IMG/VR virus record: IMGVR_UViG_3300050196_000085 | Span: 5,046 to 69,045 of that record | Source: a virus | Length of the DNA stretch: 64,000 nucleotides | Direction: 5' to 3' (one strand) | Part shown: positions 14,452 to 25,880 of the stretch, in pieces | Layout of the letters: the number at the start of each line of letters is the position of its first letter | How positions within the stretch are numbered: the first letter of the stretch is position 1 | Notes under the pieces: generated by a model | Database searches by the model: none | What the model was told of the DNA's origin: nothing | The model's input: only the letters and a program-made list of their open reading frames with translations | Position numbers and translations under genes: made by a program

Positions 14452-16030
14452 GCAAGAGTTGGATGAATGGCTGGATCAAGTGGACTACACCCACTTGAAC
14501 AGTCTGAACTTTAAGCCTTCGGGCTTTGCTCTCCAGTTCATGAACTTTATCAAAATGGTCAATGGATCTGAGGGGGAGTCTCATAAGACACCCCCCGTTC
14601 ATCTTGCCATGCTCGACAAAATTGCTGAACCTACCTCTTATATAGCCAACCTTTGTTTTCGCGGTGCGGCCAAGACCACTTTGTTTGCGGAATACTTCTT
14701 TCCGTTCGTTGCAATGATGGGTGAGTTGCCCAATTTTGGTGATGTGTCTGGGGCCATCTATGTTTCTGACTCGATGGACAACGGCGTCAAAAGCCTGCGT
14801 CGGAACATGGAGTTCCGATACAACAACTCGCCATTCCTTCAGAGGTGGCTGCCTAAGGCTACCTTTACGGACGCCTATATCGAGTTTGAGAACATTGCTG
14901 GTCACAAATTCGGCCTGAAGATGTTTGGTGCAAAGACCGGCCTTCGCGGTACAAAGATCTTCGGTAAGCGACCTACTCTCTGTGTGCTCGATGACCTTGT
15001 GAGCGATGACGACTCGAAGTCGCAGGCATCCATGATCGCTATCAAGGATACGGTCTACAAAGGTGTAAACCACGCCCTCGATCCAACAAAGCGGAAGGTC
15101 ATCTTCAACGGCACACCCTTCAATAAAGACGACATTCTCATTGAGGCTGTCGAGTCTGGTGCTTGGGACGTGAACGTCTGGCCTGTATGTGAACGGTTCC
15201 CATGCGAGCGTGATGAGTTCTGTGGTGCATGGGAGAATCGCTTCTCTTTTGATTACGTCTCAGCTCAGTATGATATGGCAGTGAAAACCGGCAAACTAGC
15301 CGCATTCATGCAAGAGCTGATGCTTCGCATCACGTCGGAAGAAGAGCGTCTGGTTCAGGATGATGAGATCAAGTGGTATAACCGCATGAATCTCCTTGTG
15401 AATCGAGGCTCGTTTAACTTCTATATCACCACAGACTTTGCTACATCCTCTCGCCAGACAGCGGACTACTCTGTTATTAGTGTCTGGGCATACAATGCTC
15501 AGGGGGACTGGTTCTGGGTAGATGGCGTTGCTGCACGCCAGACAATGGACAAGACGGTAGATGATCTCTTTCGACTGGTTCAGTTCTACAAGCCCCAACG
15601 AGTAGGCATCGAGATCACCGGCCAACAAGGTGGCTTTATTCCTTGGCTCCAGAATGAGATGCTCAATCGGAACATCTGGTTCAATTTTGCCAGTTCTAAC
15701 CCAAAATCTAACACGCCGGGCATTCGTCCGACTGTGGACAAGCTCAGTCGTTTCAACGTAGTCGTGCCGTGGTTCAAGATGGGAAAAGTTTATTGGCCCA
15801 AAGAAATGGAACGCACCCCCATCATGGGTATGTTCATCGGGCAAATTCGTCTTGCCACCGTGTCCGGTATCAAAGGCAAGGATGACGCCCTCGATACCAT
15901 TTCCATGCTTCAGTATATGAATCCTTGGAAGCCGTCAGACTCTGTACCCGCGACCCCGGATGAGGTAGAGATCTGGGAGGAGGACGCAAGGGCTGATGAG
16001 CTATCCAGCCTGTCGTCTTATATTGTGTGA
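14438..16030 (+). CDS. terL: Terminase large subunit
   Basis: LCFRGAAKTT (Walker A), LCVLDDL (Walker B), FNGTPF, ITTDFA..DYS, KDDALDTISML nuclease motifs. Confidence 0.95.
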   Translation: MALIKQELDEWLDQVDYTHLNSLNFKPSGFALQFMNFIKMVNGSEGESHKTPPVHLAMLDKIAEPTSYIANLCFRGAAKTTLFAEYFFPFVAMMGELPNFGDVSGAIYVSDSMDNGVKSLRRNMEFRYNNSPFLQRWLPKATFTDAYIEFENIAGHKFGLKMFGAKTGLRGTKIFGKRPTLCVLDDLVSDDDSKSQASMIAIKDTVYKGVNHALDPTKRKVIFNGTPFNKDDILIEAVESGAWDVNVWPVCERFPCERDEFCGAWENRFSFDYVSAQYDMAVKTGKLAAFMQELMLRITSEEERLVQDDEIKWYNRMNLLVNRGSFNFYITTDFATSSRQTADYSVISVWAYNAQGDWFWVDGVAARQTMDKTVDDLFRLVQFYKPQRVGIEITGQQGGFIPWLQNEMLNRNIWFNFASSNPKSNTPGIRPTVDKLSRFNVVVPWFKMGKVYWPKEMERTPIMGMFIGQIRLATVSGIKGKDDALDTISMLQYMNPWKPSDSVPATPDEVEIWEEDARADELSSLSSYIV

Positions 16031-16036
16031 GGCATT

Positions 16037-16738
16037 ATGAATTTGCTGGAACTCTACAAGCGACTGGCTCTCGACGAACTGAGCAATCATCGTTGCTCTG
16101 GTGACGGCAGTGGCACTATTGTCTCAGACTATCGTTCAACTGTAGTCTCTCACTTGAATGCAGCTTTGCGAGATCTACATATTAAGTTCAATCTCTTGGA
16201 AAAGAGTTTGATTCTTGAGCTTGAGACGGGAAAAGTTTCTTACGTTTTGTCACCACAGTTCAGTTATCAGAATGCTACCCTGAGTGGTAAGAAGCCATAC
16301 ATTGTCGATATGTTTGGGGTTCCTTTCAACGACACCGTGATCCGTATCATCAGGGTTATGAGTGCGGTGGGTCACGAACTACCAATCAATGATGTGTCTC
16401 ACCCATATTCCGTGTTCACACGGCTCGGTAACATCATAGATGTTCCTTATGCTGAGACCGGTAGAACACTTGCTGTGACTTATCAGACTTTCCCAAAGGA
16501 GGTTCTGGCAAGCAATGAAGATGCTTCTATAGATGTGCCTCTTGTGTTAGAGGACGCTGTAAGAGCTTATATTTCGTATAAGGTGTTCTCAAACATCAAC
16601 ACGGCAGAGTCCAACACCAAAGCCCAAGAGCACCTTCAACGCTACGAAGCAGTTTGCGTTCAGGTTGAAGCAAATGACCTTCTTGGTTTGAGTTCGGTCA
16701 CTTCCCATGACAAATTTGACAGGAAAGGTTGGGTCTGA
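16037..16738 (+). CDS. Virion structural protein (N4 gp67-like adaptor)
   Basis: LALDELSN..VVSHLNAALRDLHIKF..AVRAYISYKVF; N4 synteny. Confidence 0.75.
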   Translation: MNLLELYKRLALDELSNHRCSGDGSGTIVSDYRSTVVSHLNAALRDLHIKFNLLEKSLILELETGKVSYVLSPQFSYQNATLSGKKPYIVDMFGVPFNDTVIRIIRVMSAVGHELPINDVSHPYSVFTRLGNIIDVPYAETGRTLAVTYQTFPKEVLASNEDASIDVPLVLEDAVRAYISYKVFSNINTAESNTKAQEHLQRYEAVCVQVEANDLLGLSSVTSHDKFDRKGWV

Positions 16739-17163
16739 TGACTGCTATCAACCCTTATAGTGGTTGCTCGAACAACTTGCTTGTGCCTCACATGCTCGGT
16801 GAAGCTTATGCTGTTGTGAAGGCAGTGTACGATCAGCTTTCTGCAATCACAGGTGTTTCGCAGAATATGCTTGCTGTGCAGCGAGCAGGTGCCAATGCAT
16901 ATCGCGGTATTGCCGAGATCGCTGGTCCCACTGGAGTTGCTGGAATAGAGAGTGGCATCCCCCTTCCAGCTATCGTTGACCAGAACGCCATCATGGACTT
17001 TACAGTCTTGATTCTGGGTAATGATGATGCTCTCTATTCACAAGCAAGTGGGTATTTCACCACTCGCATCGAAGATCGCTTTCTGAAGGTTGTACTGGAT
17101 CCCACTGCCCCCGCTGTAGTCCAGAATGCCCTGATCCGTGCCACCATTTCGTACAAGGCATAA
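16738..17163 (+). CDS. Putative appendage/tail-associated protein
   Basis: LGEAYAVVKAVYDQL resembles the N-termini of N4-like appendage proteins; TGATG coupling. Confidence 0.55.
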   Translation: MTAINPYSGCSNNLLVPHMLGEAYAVVKAVYDQLSAITGVSQNMLAVQRAGANAYRGIAEIAGPTGVAGIESGIPLPAIVDQNAIMDFTVLILGNDDALYSQASGYFTTRIEDRFLKVVLDPTAPAVVQNALIRATISYKA

Positions 17164-17169
17164 TACGCC

Positions 17170-20127
17170 ATGATGCTTACTTATACCGATCCTACTGGTA
17201 CGCAGCACATTCTGGACATTGACCACAACGAACTGTTCTTTGGGGCTGTTCTAGTTGGTAATGTCTCTGAGCAGAAGACGCTTACCCTCACCAATCGTGG
17301 TTGGGGTGACATCTCGCTTCGTGAACTATCCATTGCTGGTGATGGGTTCTCGATGCTTAACGATGCTTCGGGTGTGATTCTAAAGCCGGGTAAGAATGTC
17401 AGCTTTGCTGTGACTTTCGCACCGTCCACCAAGAGCACTGCAAGTGGCAGTATCTTTATTGATGCTGGTATTGCAGGTACAGCAAACATTCGCCTTTACG
17501 GTGCTGGCTACTCTGGTGTTGACGGTGACGTTGACATCACCGGTATGAGAATCACGCCTTTGTTCAGTGATTTGGAAACAGATGAGCTTCTCAATCTTGA
17601 GAACGGCACTAAAACTTGGGTTTATAATGATCCTGATTTCGGTCTGAACGGTTTTTACACCAAAAATGGTGCTTCTGGTTCAGGATCTTTTAATGGCCCT
17701 GAATATGCTTTTAGCTCTATCATGGCCAATGGTACGATTGATCTTGATAATATTGAAGATGTCGCAAACGGTGGAGCTAACCTGAACGGAACTGGTTTAG
17801 TCCCTATGCGGCTTGGCGGTAATCGCAAGACTATTGCTAAATTGGAAAGCGAATACCAGCAAATCATCAACGCACAGGTAGTGCAGGAACAAGCAGCATC
17901 AGACGCTGCTACAGTTGCTACCACTCAAGCCGGTATTGCTACCACTCAGGCTGGGATAGCGACTACTCAAGCGGGTCTTGCTGCTACCAATGGTGCTGCA
18001 CAAACATCTTTGGCTACTGCACAAGCTAACATTGCAACTGACATGGCGAGTGTCAACGGTTTGTCATATTCGCAAGTTTCAGCGGGTCGCTCGCCCCGTA
18101 TCGCCCCATCTGCGAGTTGGAACGGTACGCTTGGCACCGGCTGGTCTAGCGGTGAGCCGACCGCTTCCCCGGTGCGTGCATTAACCGATCCGGCGCAGCC
18201 TGAAATCGCTCCGTTCTATCCCTATCATAGATGTGCTTTCAACACGCGTACCCGCCTATTGTTCAACGTCGAAGAACGTGACCCCACAAAGCCGGTCAAT
18301 ATGCGGGTTCATCTTGAGGGTAACACGGTGGACGTTCCCGCCGACACGTTCCAGCGGTATGTTGGGGACGACGGCATTGAGCGGGCAGCATGGCTTCGCG
18401 CTTTCGATCTTGATTGGGCGAATTTCAGCGTCAACGGCAAGTGCCGGTTCTGGGTCGAGGCGATCCCGAGCGATACTACGATGGTGAGCCGGATCATCGG
18501 GCCTTTCGAGATGAAGCGGAAGACCGGCAATCTTTGGGATGCCACGCTGACGTTCGGGCCGGGTGGCACATATGCCGACTTTGCGGCGGCAAGGGCCGCC
18601 GCAGTGGCCGCGCCATACAATACCAGCAGTTACGAGCATATCTGGCTCAAGCCGCTTGCCAGTCACAACTACGATGTTGTCGGTAGAACCGTTCCGGTCA
18701 TATACAACCGTTGGGGTAAAACGTTGATTGACGGCAACCCCGGTGTGATCTGGCGGGTTCATTCGTCGGAGTGGCGCACTACTTCACAGAACTTTGAAGT
18801 GGGCCTAGACGGTGCAATCTGGGGTCCATCCTGCGCGTTTGATATGCGTCGCATGTCATCGTTCATCGTGCCGCGTTCTACGCAAGGAGCAACACAGAAC
18901 CAGCATTTTGCAGGGGTAAGGTTTTATAATGATAACGGTCGTAATGACATGTTTGGTAACGGCGTCGTCCTTGCGGCAAACTCGGGTAGCACTGCACTGA
19001 GCAACCCTGATGCACGGGACCGCAGAAACCCCGGATTTGTGTCGAACCCCGCGAGTGCAGGTATGTTTGCAGACTTCACCGAATGCACGTTTGAAGGCGC
19101 ATGTCGCCCGCCAACAGCAGGTCTGGCACAGCTTGCGCGTAACTGCATTATTCGGGGCGGCAGTGAAGACATCTTTTCGCCTAGCAATACGGACAAGATG
19201 CAGTGGGGCCTGTGCTACAACAACGTAGCTATTGACTGTTCACCAATTGACTTGCGTACAACAATCAATGCCATTTCCATAATCTATGGCGGTGCGGCAG
19301 CAACTGCCACGGTGACATTTATTGGCAGCAACAATGCAGCAGGCACCCGCATTGAGTTGCGAGAAAATGGAAGTCTCGTATACAGCGTGAGTGTTTCCAC
19401 AACCCTTGGAACAGGAAACTACTCGGTTGCCGAGGTTGTCGCGTGGATCAACGCCAATTGTGCCGGTTGGACTGCAACCACGCTGGATAACACCCGTAGG
19501 GCATCTTACTTTTCCGCCAAGACGGCTGCCAATGCCAAGGGCGTTGCTGTCGTCAATTCGACTTGGATTGATAACCATGCGGACGGTTGGCAGATTGGGT
19601 TGATTAGCGGTCAGAACTATGTTGCCAAGGGCAATCAGTTTTACCGTTGCGGTGCGCTCCAAATCTTCTTTCTGTCAATTCAGAGCAGCACCAAAATTTG
19701 GACGGATTGCGCATGGTACAACAACATCGTCTATTTTGACCCCACAGATGCGGAAGTAATCCAAGGGGCGGTTTTGTCGCAGTGGGAGGGCCGTTTCAGT
19801 AACGTCCGTGTCGATCACAACTACAATCCCGGCCAAGCCTATTACGTCAGGACGCAGTCAGGCACGACCAGCTTTGACGACAAGTGCAGCATCAACGGCA
19901 ACATCACGGACTTTATGACGCTTGAAGCGGGGACCAGCCTTGGAACCTGCGATGTCAAGTATAATCAAGCGGTTAAGGCCGGGGCCGGTGCGTTCCCGGC
20001 GGGAACGAATGTCGCAAACAACTTGGTCAGTACGACTATCGCCGCCGACCCGGTTCCGACGAAAATCAAGTACGATGTGCTGAACAACCAACGTGCAGTT
20101 ATAACTCGTCGCGGACCCTTTCAATAA
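17170..20127 (+). CDS. Tail fibre/spike: N-terminal Ig-like (ASH/choice-of-anchor D) domain, ATTQAGI repeats and a C-terminal beta-helix-like receptor-binding region
   Basis: FGAVLVG..TLTLTNRG..LKPG..VTFAPS..GSIFI..IRLYGAG; (ATTQAGI)x3; Asn/Gly-rich C-terminal repeats such as HADGWQ..YVAKGNQF. Confidence 0.75.
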   Translation: MMLTYTDPTGTQHILDIDHNELFFGAVLVGNVSEQKTLTLTNRGWGDISLRELSIAGDGFSMLNDASGVILKPGKNVSFAVTFAPSTKSTASGSIFIDAGIAGTANIRLYGAGYSGVDGDVDITGMRITPLFSDLETDELLNLENGTKTWVYNDPDFGLNGFYTKNGASGSGSFNGPEYAFSSIMANGTIDLDNIEDVANGGANLNGTGLVPMRLGGNRKTIAKLESEYQQIINAQVVQEQAASDAATVATTQAGIATTQAGIATTQAGLAATNGAAQTSLATAQANIATDMASVNGLSYSQVSAGRSPRIAPSASWNGTLGTGWSSGEPTASPVRALTDPAQPEIAPFYPYHRCAFNTRTRLLFNVEERDPTKPVNMRVHLEGNTVDVPADTFQRYVGDDGIERAAWLRAFDLDWANFSVNGKCRFWVEAIPSDTTMVSRIIGPFEMKRKTGNLWDATLTFGPGGTYADFAAARAAAVAAPYNTSSYEHIWLKPLASHNYDVVGRTVPVIYNRWGKTLIDGNPGVIWRVHSSEWRTTSQNFEVGLDGAIWGPSCAFDMRRMSSFIVPRSTQGATQNQHFAGVRFYNDNGRNDMFGNGVVLAANSGSTALSNPDARDRRNPGFVSNPASAGMFADFTECTFEGACRPPTAGLAQLARNCIIRGGSEDIFSPSNTDKMQWGLCYNNVAIDCSPIDLRTTINAISIIYGGAAATATVTFIGSNNAAGTRIELRENGSLVYSVSVSTTLGTGNYSVAEVVAWINANCAGWTATTLDNTRRASYFSAKTAANAKGVAVVNSTWIDNHADGWQIGLISGQNYVAKGNQFYRCGALQIFFLSIQSSTKIWTDCAWYNNIVYFDPTDAEVIQGAVLSQWEGRFSNVRVDHNYNPGQAYYVRTQSGTTSFDDKCSINGNITDFMTLEAGTSLGTCDVKYNQAVKAGAGAFPAGTNVANNLVSTTIAADPVPTKIKYDVLNNQRAVITRRGPFQ

Positions 20128-20249
20128 AAATAGCTGGTGGTGGCCTAGACGTGTTTTATGTATTTGATAAAACGTCTTAGACCATCTGATTGAGATTTTG
20201 ATCTCTCAGGAAATGTGTCCGGGCACTGTGGACGTGGGATAATTTTCTG

Positions 20250-20579
20250 ATGAGTGAATCGGTTGAAGTGAGGGTGGCTCGCCTTGAAGAGCAACTGAAG
20301 TTTCTCGTTGACGATGCCAAAGAGGCAAAGATCAATAGAAAGGGTCAGTACGACAGCATTGAAGCTTTGCGTCATGCAATGGCTACAATGGCTGGTGAGG
20401 TCGGGGAAGTGAAGAGCAAGCTTGCTGGTCAAGCACCAACCATCGAAGAGTTCATCACAATCAAGCACAAGGTGGTTGGTGCAGGCAAACTAGGCAAATG
20501 GCTCTGGGCAATTGGCGCTTTCATTATAGGGTCTGTCTTTTCAGCCCGTGAAGGCATACTTTCTATGCTATCAAAATGA
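20250..20579 (+). CDS. Putative holin/antiholin (coiled coil + C-terminal TM, N4 gp63-like)
   Basis: VRVARLEEQL..GKLGKWLWAIGAFIIGSVF; adjacent to the endolysin. Confidence 0.6.
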   Translation: MSESVEVRVARLEEQLKFLVDDAKEAKINRKGQYDSIEALRHAMATMAGEVGEVKSKLAGQAPTIEEFITIKHKVVGAGKLGKWLWAIGAFIIGSVFSAREGILSMLSK

Positions 20580-20588
20580 GGTGACGAG

Positions 20589-21146
20589 ATGACCAAACTC
20601 ACGACAAAAGCTGTGCTCTACACGGCATCCCTCGAAGGCATGGTGCAAGAGATGTATCTTGACTCGGAAGGTATTGCTACTTGGGCATTAGGTGTGACGA
20701 ACAAGTCTGGTCATCAAGTCAATCCCCGGTACAAGGACAATCCTCAGCCTCTTCAGAAGTGCTGCGATGCTTCTGTTTGGCTCATGCGTAACACGTATCT
20801 GCCCCCAGTGCTGAAGGCTTTTGGTGACTATGAACTGAATGAAGCACAGCTTGCTGCTGCCCTATCTTTTCAGTGGAATACCGGTGCTATTGGTAAGACC
20901 GACTGGGTGGGCATGGTGAAGGCAGGTGACATGTCAGGAGCCAAGAGATTCCTGAAGTCTCACTACCTCAATGATGGTGATCTCACGTCTCGACGGTTCA
21001 GTGAAGCTGCCCTGTTTTTTGATGGGATGTGGCCTTCTCTTTTGGTTCCAATTTACCCGGTACGGAAGCCCAATTATAAGCCGAACATCTCTCTCGGTCG
21101 TAGGGTGGAGCTCACACCCTACATTGAAAGGGCACTTGTAAAATGA
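20589..21146 (+). CDS. Endolysin, GH24 lysozyme-like
   Basis: SLEG..MYLDSEGIATWALGVT (E-x8-D-x5-T), QLAAALSFQWNTG, LTSRRFSEAALF. Confidence 0.9.
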   Translation: MTKLTTKAVLYTASLEGMVQEMYLDSEGIATWALGVTNKSGHQVNPRYKDNPQPLQKCCDASVWLMRNTYLPPVLKAFGDYELNEAQLAAALSFQWNTGAIGKTDWVGMVKAGDMSGAKRFLKSHYLNDGDLTSRRFSEAALFFDGMWPSLLVPIYPVRKPNYKPNISLGRRVELTPYIERALVK

Positions 21147-21466
21147 TGTTCGGGTCTATCTTAAAAACTGCGAATGGTGAATTTGAAATCAACCGTGTGG
21201 TTGGTGCTGTTGGCTCATTGTTTTACATCGCAGGAACCCATATTTTCATGGGGTACGATCTCTTTGTAAAAGATCGTTCTTTTGATGTGACTGCATACTG
21301 TCTTGCTTTTCCGGGCGGTTTAGCGGTGGTAGTTGGTGCAATTGCAGGTGCTGTCACTCTAAAAGATCGTGGTGTGGCTACAGCCAAAATCATCACTGAT
21401 ACTGGTGCAGTACCTACGGCATCCACGGCTGGACCTTCTGTAGAACTAGAAAGAGTAAAGCCATGA
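21143..21466 (+). CDS. Putative holin (2 TM)
   Basis: Two hydrophobic segments; lies between the endolysin and the spanin. Confidence 0.6.
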   Translation: MMFGSILKTANGEFEINRVVGAVGSLFYIAGTHIFMGYDLFVKDRSFDVTAYCLAFPGGLAVVVGAIAGAVTLKDRGVATAKIITDTGAVPTASTAGPSVELERVKP

Positions 21467-22011
21467 ATCCTATCACTGCATTGAAGATCTTCGGCCCTGT
21501 TGTGACTGCATTGCTGCTTGGTTGGCTGGTCTTCTCTATTGGTTCGGACCGTGGGGCTTCAAAAGTGCAATCCAAATGGGATGCACAAAAACGAGCTGAT
21601 GCGGCTCTGGTTGAAGCTGTGAAGATACAGAACAGCATTGATGAGGCAGCTCATCGAACAGAAGATCGGAGAATCTCAAATGAACTCGCTAACGCTAAAG
21701 AAAAGGCTCTCATCGGTAATTCTGCCAATGAGCTTGCTCTTGCTAAACGCTTGCAAGACAGCGCCAAACGAGAGCGTCTGTATCGGACTCAGGCCGAAAG
21801 TGGAACCACTGAGCGAGCAGACCTTGCAAGCCATGCAGCCGAACTCGACCATCTACTCTCAGAAAGTCTTGGACTTCTCGAAGAAGGTAGAATCCTCGTT
21901 GAACTCCGTGATGGACAAATCCGTGGACTAGCGTCACAGATCATCAACGACCGCCAACTTATCTCGGGACAGAGCACCGTCAATGAAAACGCAGCAGTTT
22001 ATGCTCAGTGA
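21463..22011 (+). CDS. Inner-membrane spanin (Rz-like)
   Basis: N-terminal TM followed by a long coiled coil. Confidence 0.8.
   Translation: MNPITALKIFGPVVTALLLGWLVFSIGSDRGASKVQSKWDAQKRADAALVEAVKIQNSIDEAAHRTEDRRISNELANAKEKALIGNSANELALAKRLQDSAKRERLYRTQAESGTTERADLASHAAELDHLLSESLGLLEEGRILVELRDGQIRGLASQIINDRQLISGQSTVNENAAVYAQ
21680..21931 (+). CDS. Embedded outer-membrane spanin lipoprotein (Rz1-like)
   Basis: Alternative frame inside Rz: [25 protein letters not shown] lipobox. Confidence 0.75.
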   Translation: MNSLTLKKRLSSVILPMSLLLLNACKTAPNESVCIGLRPKVEPLSEQTLQAMQPNSTIYSQKVLDFSKKVESSLNSVMDKSVD

Positions 22012-24229
22012 GGCTCAGGCCCCGAAGCTGACCAACTGGAAGAACGAGCCTACGGTTCGTCAGCTCAAGGAAGACTTTGAGACGGCAAAGCCTGCTCAGC
22101 AGACGCAGAACAGTCGTATCCAGCGGTGGAATGATCTGTCTGCGATCCGTGGTGCTGCCAAGCCCCCCAAGATCAAGGGCCGTTCGAGCGTCCAGCCGAA
22201 GATGATCCGGCGTCAGGCAGAGTGGCGTTATGCTGCTCTGACTGAGCCGTTTCTGTCGTCCAAGAAGATGTTCAACGTCAACCCAGTGACGTTTGAAGAT
22301 GCTGATGCTGCTCGCCAAAGCGAGCTGGTGTTGAACTGGCAGTTCCGTACCAAGCTCAATCGGGTGAAGTTCATCGACGATTTCATTCGTGCTGTGGTCG
22401 ATGAAGGCACAGGCATTGTTCAGGTGGGCTGGGAACGTGACACGATCACGATCCAGCAGGACGTGCCCGAGTTCACTCATTATGCCATCCAGACTGAAGA
22501 GCAGCTTCAGCCTTTCCAGCAGGCGATGGAACTCAAGCAGTCTGACCCCCGGAGCTACGACGAGAAGGTCGATCCGGCGATCAAGGCTGCGGTGGACTAT
22601 TACGAAGAGTCTGGTCAGGCCACCTATGCCACCCAGACCGGCACTCGTAAGGTGCCTGTCCAAAAAGTGCTGAAGAACCAACCGACTCTTCAGATTCTGA
22701 ACCCCCAAAACTTCTACATCGACCCGTCGTGCAACGGGGATGCTGAGAAGGCTCTGTTTGCTGTAGTCTCTTTCGAGACCAACAAGGCCGAACTGTCCAA
22801 GAACAAGAAGCGGTACAAAAACCTTGATCTAGTCAACTGGGAGGGGAATATCCCCATGTCCCAACCGGATCACGAGACGACTACGCCAGATGTGTTTCAG
22901 TTTAAGGATGCCTTGCGTAAGCGGGTCGTGGCCTACGAATACTGGGGCATGTATGACATTCACGGCGATGGGCGACTTGTTCCTATCGTTGCGACGTGGA
23001 TTGGTGATGTTCTGATTCGGTTGGAGGAAAATCCCTTCCCGGACCAGAAGATCCCCTTCGTTCTGGTTCCCTATCTGCCGGTCAAGCGTGAACTTTACGG
23101 TGAGCCTGACGCTGAGCTTTTAGAGGATAATCAGAAGATTCTCGGTGCTGTGATGCGCGGTATGATCGACCTTCTTGGTCGGTCGGCCAACGGCCAGCAA
23201 GGCTTTGCCAAGGGAATGCTCGATCCTCTCAACCGTCGCCGGTATGAAAACGGGCAGGACTACGAGTTCAACCCTAACCTTTCGCCCGCTAATGGTATTA
23301 TTGATCACAAATATCCTGAGTTGCCCCAGTCTGGGTTGGTCATGGCCAACCTCCAGAACCAAGAAGCCGAAGCCCTCACAGGTGTAAAGGCATTTTCTGG
23401 TGGCTTGTCTGGTGAATCCTACGGCGATGTGGCGGCTGGTATTCGCGGTGCTCTGGATGCTGCATCCAAGCGTGAGATGGCCATTCTTCGTCGTATTGCA
23501 AAGGGCATGGTTGAGATCGCCAATAAGATCGTCGCCATGAACCAAGTGTTTCTGTCAGCTGAAGAAGTGATCAGGGTTACGAACAAAGAGTTCGTGACCG
23601 TCAAGCGTGAAGACCTTGAAGGCAACTTTGATCTTGATGCTGACATTAGCACGGCTGAGATCGACAACCAGAAGGCTCAAGATCTGGCCTTCATGCTTCA
23701 GACCATCGGCAACAACATAGACATTGGCATCACGCTGATGATTCTTGCTGAGATTGCCGATTTGAAGCGTATGCCTGAACTGGCTGAGAAGCTGCGTTCG
23801 TGGAAGCCTCAGCCCACACCGGAACAGCAGCAGATGCAGCAGCTCCAGCTTGAGGAAGCCAAACTTAAGGTTGAAGAGCTTCGCTCTAAGATTGAATTGA
23901 ATAACGCCAAGGCTGAAGAAGCACGAGCCAACCGTGACCAGAAAAACCTCGATTTTGTTGAGCAGGAGTCTGGTACGAAACACGCCCGTGATATGCAGAA
24001 GCAAGCTGGTCAAGCCCGTGGGAATATGGATCTTGAAGTAACTAAGGCTGCGCTCAAGACCCAAAAACTAGCCAATGGCAGTGAAACAAGGCCCAATATT
24101 GAAGCAGGTATTGGCTGGAACGAAATATCAGACCGACTTCGTGATGCTGGACAACCAACTTCACCCCTTGACTTTACACCCCAAGTTGGGGGACAGCAGC
24201 AAATGATCCCCGGTCTGACTGGGGCTTAA
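21983..24229 (+). CDS. Portal protein (N4 gp59-like)
   Basis: [43 protein letters not shown]. Confidence 0.95.
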   Translation: MKTQQFMLSEAQAPKLTNWKNEPTVRQLKEDFETAKPAQQTQNSRIQRWNDLSAIRGAAKPPKIKGRSSVQPKMIRRQAEWRYAALTEPFLSSKKMFNVNPVTFEDADAARQSELVLNWQFRTKLNRVKFIDDFIRAVVDEGTGIVQVGWERDTITIQQDVPEFTHYAIQTEEQLQPFQQAMELKQSDPRSYDEKVDPAIKAAVDYYEESGQATYATQTGTRKVPVQKVLKNQPTLQILNPQNFYIDPSCNGDAEKALFAVVSFETNKAELSKNKKRYKNLDLVNWEGNIPMSQPDHETTTPDVFQFKDALRKRVVAYEYWGMYDIHGDGRLVPIVATWIGDVLIRLEENPFPDQKIPFVLVPYLPVKRELYGEPDAELLEDNQKILGAVMRGMIDLLGRSANGQQGFAKGMLDPLNRRRYENGQDYEFNPNLSPANGIIDHKYPELPQSGLVMANLQNQEAEALTGVKAFSGGLSGESYGDVAAGIRGALDAASKREMAILRRIAKGMVEIANKIVAMNQVFLSAEEVIRVTNKEFVTVKREDLEGNFDLDADISTAEIDNQKAQDLAFMLQTIGNNIDIGITLMILAEIADLKRMPELAEKLRSWKPQPTPEQQQMQQLQLEEAKLKVEELRSKIELNNAKAEEARANRDQKNLDFVEQESGTKHARDMQKQAGQARGNMDLEVTKAALKTQKLANGSETRPNIEAGIGWNEISDRLRDAGQPTSPLDFTPQVGGQQQMIPGLTGA

Positions 24230-24268
24230 CTGACCAAAACCCACTCTAATTATATAGAGGCCCAACTT

Positions 24269-24640
24269 ATGACTTCCGTATCGCGTCTTGAGGATCAACT
24301 GAAGGACACCAAGACACTCGTTGAGCGTCGTGATGCAATCCTTCGGCTCAGCAAGAATGCTGACTTTCGTACCATCATTCTGGATGCCTTCTTCGTTGAA
24401 GAGTGTGCTCGGTATGCACGGGAGTCTGGCGACCCGGCACTCACCCCGGCTCAGCGTCAGGATGCCCTGAATATCGCTCAGGCCGCCGGTCATGTGAAGC
24501 GGTTCTTGAACGTTCAGATCCAGATGGGTGACGCCGCTGAAGGCAGCATCGTCGATCTTGAAAATGCCATCGAAGAAGCACGGCTCGAAGAGCAAGTGCC
24601 CGTCACCGAGACTGATGGTTATAAGGAGATCGTTGACTAA
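24269..24640 (+). CDS. N4 gp58-like protein
   Basis: ILRLSKNADFRTIILDAFFVEECAR; synteny. Confidence 0.8.
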   Translation: MTSVSRLEDQLKDTKTLVERRDAILRLSKNADFRTIILDAFFVEECARYARESGDPALTPAQRQDALNIAQAAGHVKRFLNVQIQMGDAAEGSIVDLENAIEEARLEEQVPVTETDGYKEIVD

Positions 24641-25866
24641 TGGTTGATGTGGTCAATCCGCTTGGGCTGTCGGATGACGACTTCTCCAAGCTGCCGATGC
24701 CCGGAGTAGAAGCCCCCGCAGCGGAAGAACCGACCATCGAGGCTCCGGCAGCAGAAGCTGCTGGGGCCGAAGGTGCGTCTGATGAAGAACAGGGTCAGCA
24801 AAAGGCGGCTGCCAGTGAAGCAGAAGCGGAAGCCGGAACAGAAGCTCAAAGCGCTGAGAGCGAAAGCGAGGGTGGTGCAAATCCAGCCGCTGGGATTGAA
24901 GGTGCTGAAAGTGGTGCTGCACAACCGAAGGCCGAAGAACAGCAGGGTAAGGAAGGGACAGAAGCCCCGAAGTCCGAAAGTGCTGTTCCTGCCACTGGTT
25001 CCGGGCCGAAGGTTCTAACGGCTGACGATCACAAGTCTTTCTATGAGAAGGTCATGGCCCCCATCAAGGCCAATGGCAAAACCATTGAGTTGAGGACGCC
25101 TGAAGAGGCTATCCAACTTATGCAGCAGGGTGCCAATTACACCCAAAAAATGCAGGCTATCGCACCGCACCGAAAGGTGCTAACGATGCTTCAGAACAAC
25201 AGTCTTCTCGACGAGGACAAGCTTTCCTTCCTCATTGACTTGGAGAGGGGGAACCCCGAAGCGATACAGAAGCTGTTGAAGGACAAGAATGTCGATGTGT
25301 TTGCACTCGACACCGAGTCTGAACCAACTTACCTTGGAGGCAATCACAAGGTCAGTGACAATGAGGTGGCATTCCAGTCCAACTTGAGCGAGCTTAGCTC
25401 TACCTCGGATGGTAAGGAAACCCTTCAGACGATCAACTCGACTTGGGATGACGCCAGTAAGGAAGTGCTGTGGGGAGAACCCGGACTTATGCCGGTAATC
25501 CATGCTCAGCGTGCGAACGGTATTTATGACCGAATTGTAAGCGAGATGGACCGTCGTCGGACCTTGGGTCAGATTGCCCCTGAAACCACGTTCATCAATG
25601 CCTACCGTCAAGTGGGTGACGATCTGATGAAGCTAGGTGGCTTCGATGATCTTGCTTCAAAGGTGGAACCAAAGCCTGCTGCTGCCCCTGTGGCGGTTGC
25701 AACTACGGCAGCGGCCCCTAAGCCGGTGGTTGAGAACGGGGACAAGGCCAGTGCCGCCTCTCCCACGAGGAGCACTCCGAAACCGGCAAAGGCCATCGTC
25801 AATCCGCTGGCCATGTCTGACGAAGAATTTGAGGCCCAATTTGCTTCTATGCAGGGCCGAGTCTGA
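24640..25866 (+). CDS. N4 gp57-like protein (acidic N-terminus; scaffold/tape-measure-type annotation)
   Basis: [27 protein letters not shown]; lies immediately upstream of the MCP. Confidence 0.8.
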   Translation: MVDVVNPLGLSDDDFSKLPMPGVEAPAAEEPTIEAPAAEAAGAEGASDEEQGQQKAAASEAEAEAGTEAQSAESESEGGANPAAGIEGAESGAAQPKAEEQQGKEGTEAPKSESAVPATGSGPKVLTADDHKSFYEKVMAPIKANGKTIELRTPEEAIQLMQQGANYTQKMQAIAPHRKVLTMLQNNSLLDEDKLSFLIDLERGNPEAIQKLLKDKNVDVFALDTESEPTYLGGNHKVSDNEVAFQSNLSELSSTSDGKETLQTINSTWDDASKEVLWGEPGLMPVIHAQRANGIYDRIVSEMDRRRTLGQIAPETTFINAYRQVGDDLMKLGGFDDLASKVEPKPAAAPVAVATTAAAPKPVVENGDKASAASPTRSTPKPAKAIVNPLAMSDEEFEAQFASMQGRV

Positions 25867-25880
25867 AGGAAAAGCATCTC

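Noticed and set aside
1085-20150. 12-nt match TGGTGGCCTAGA at ~1085 and ~20138
   Set aside because: Matches of this length are expected by chance in 64 kb.
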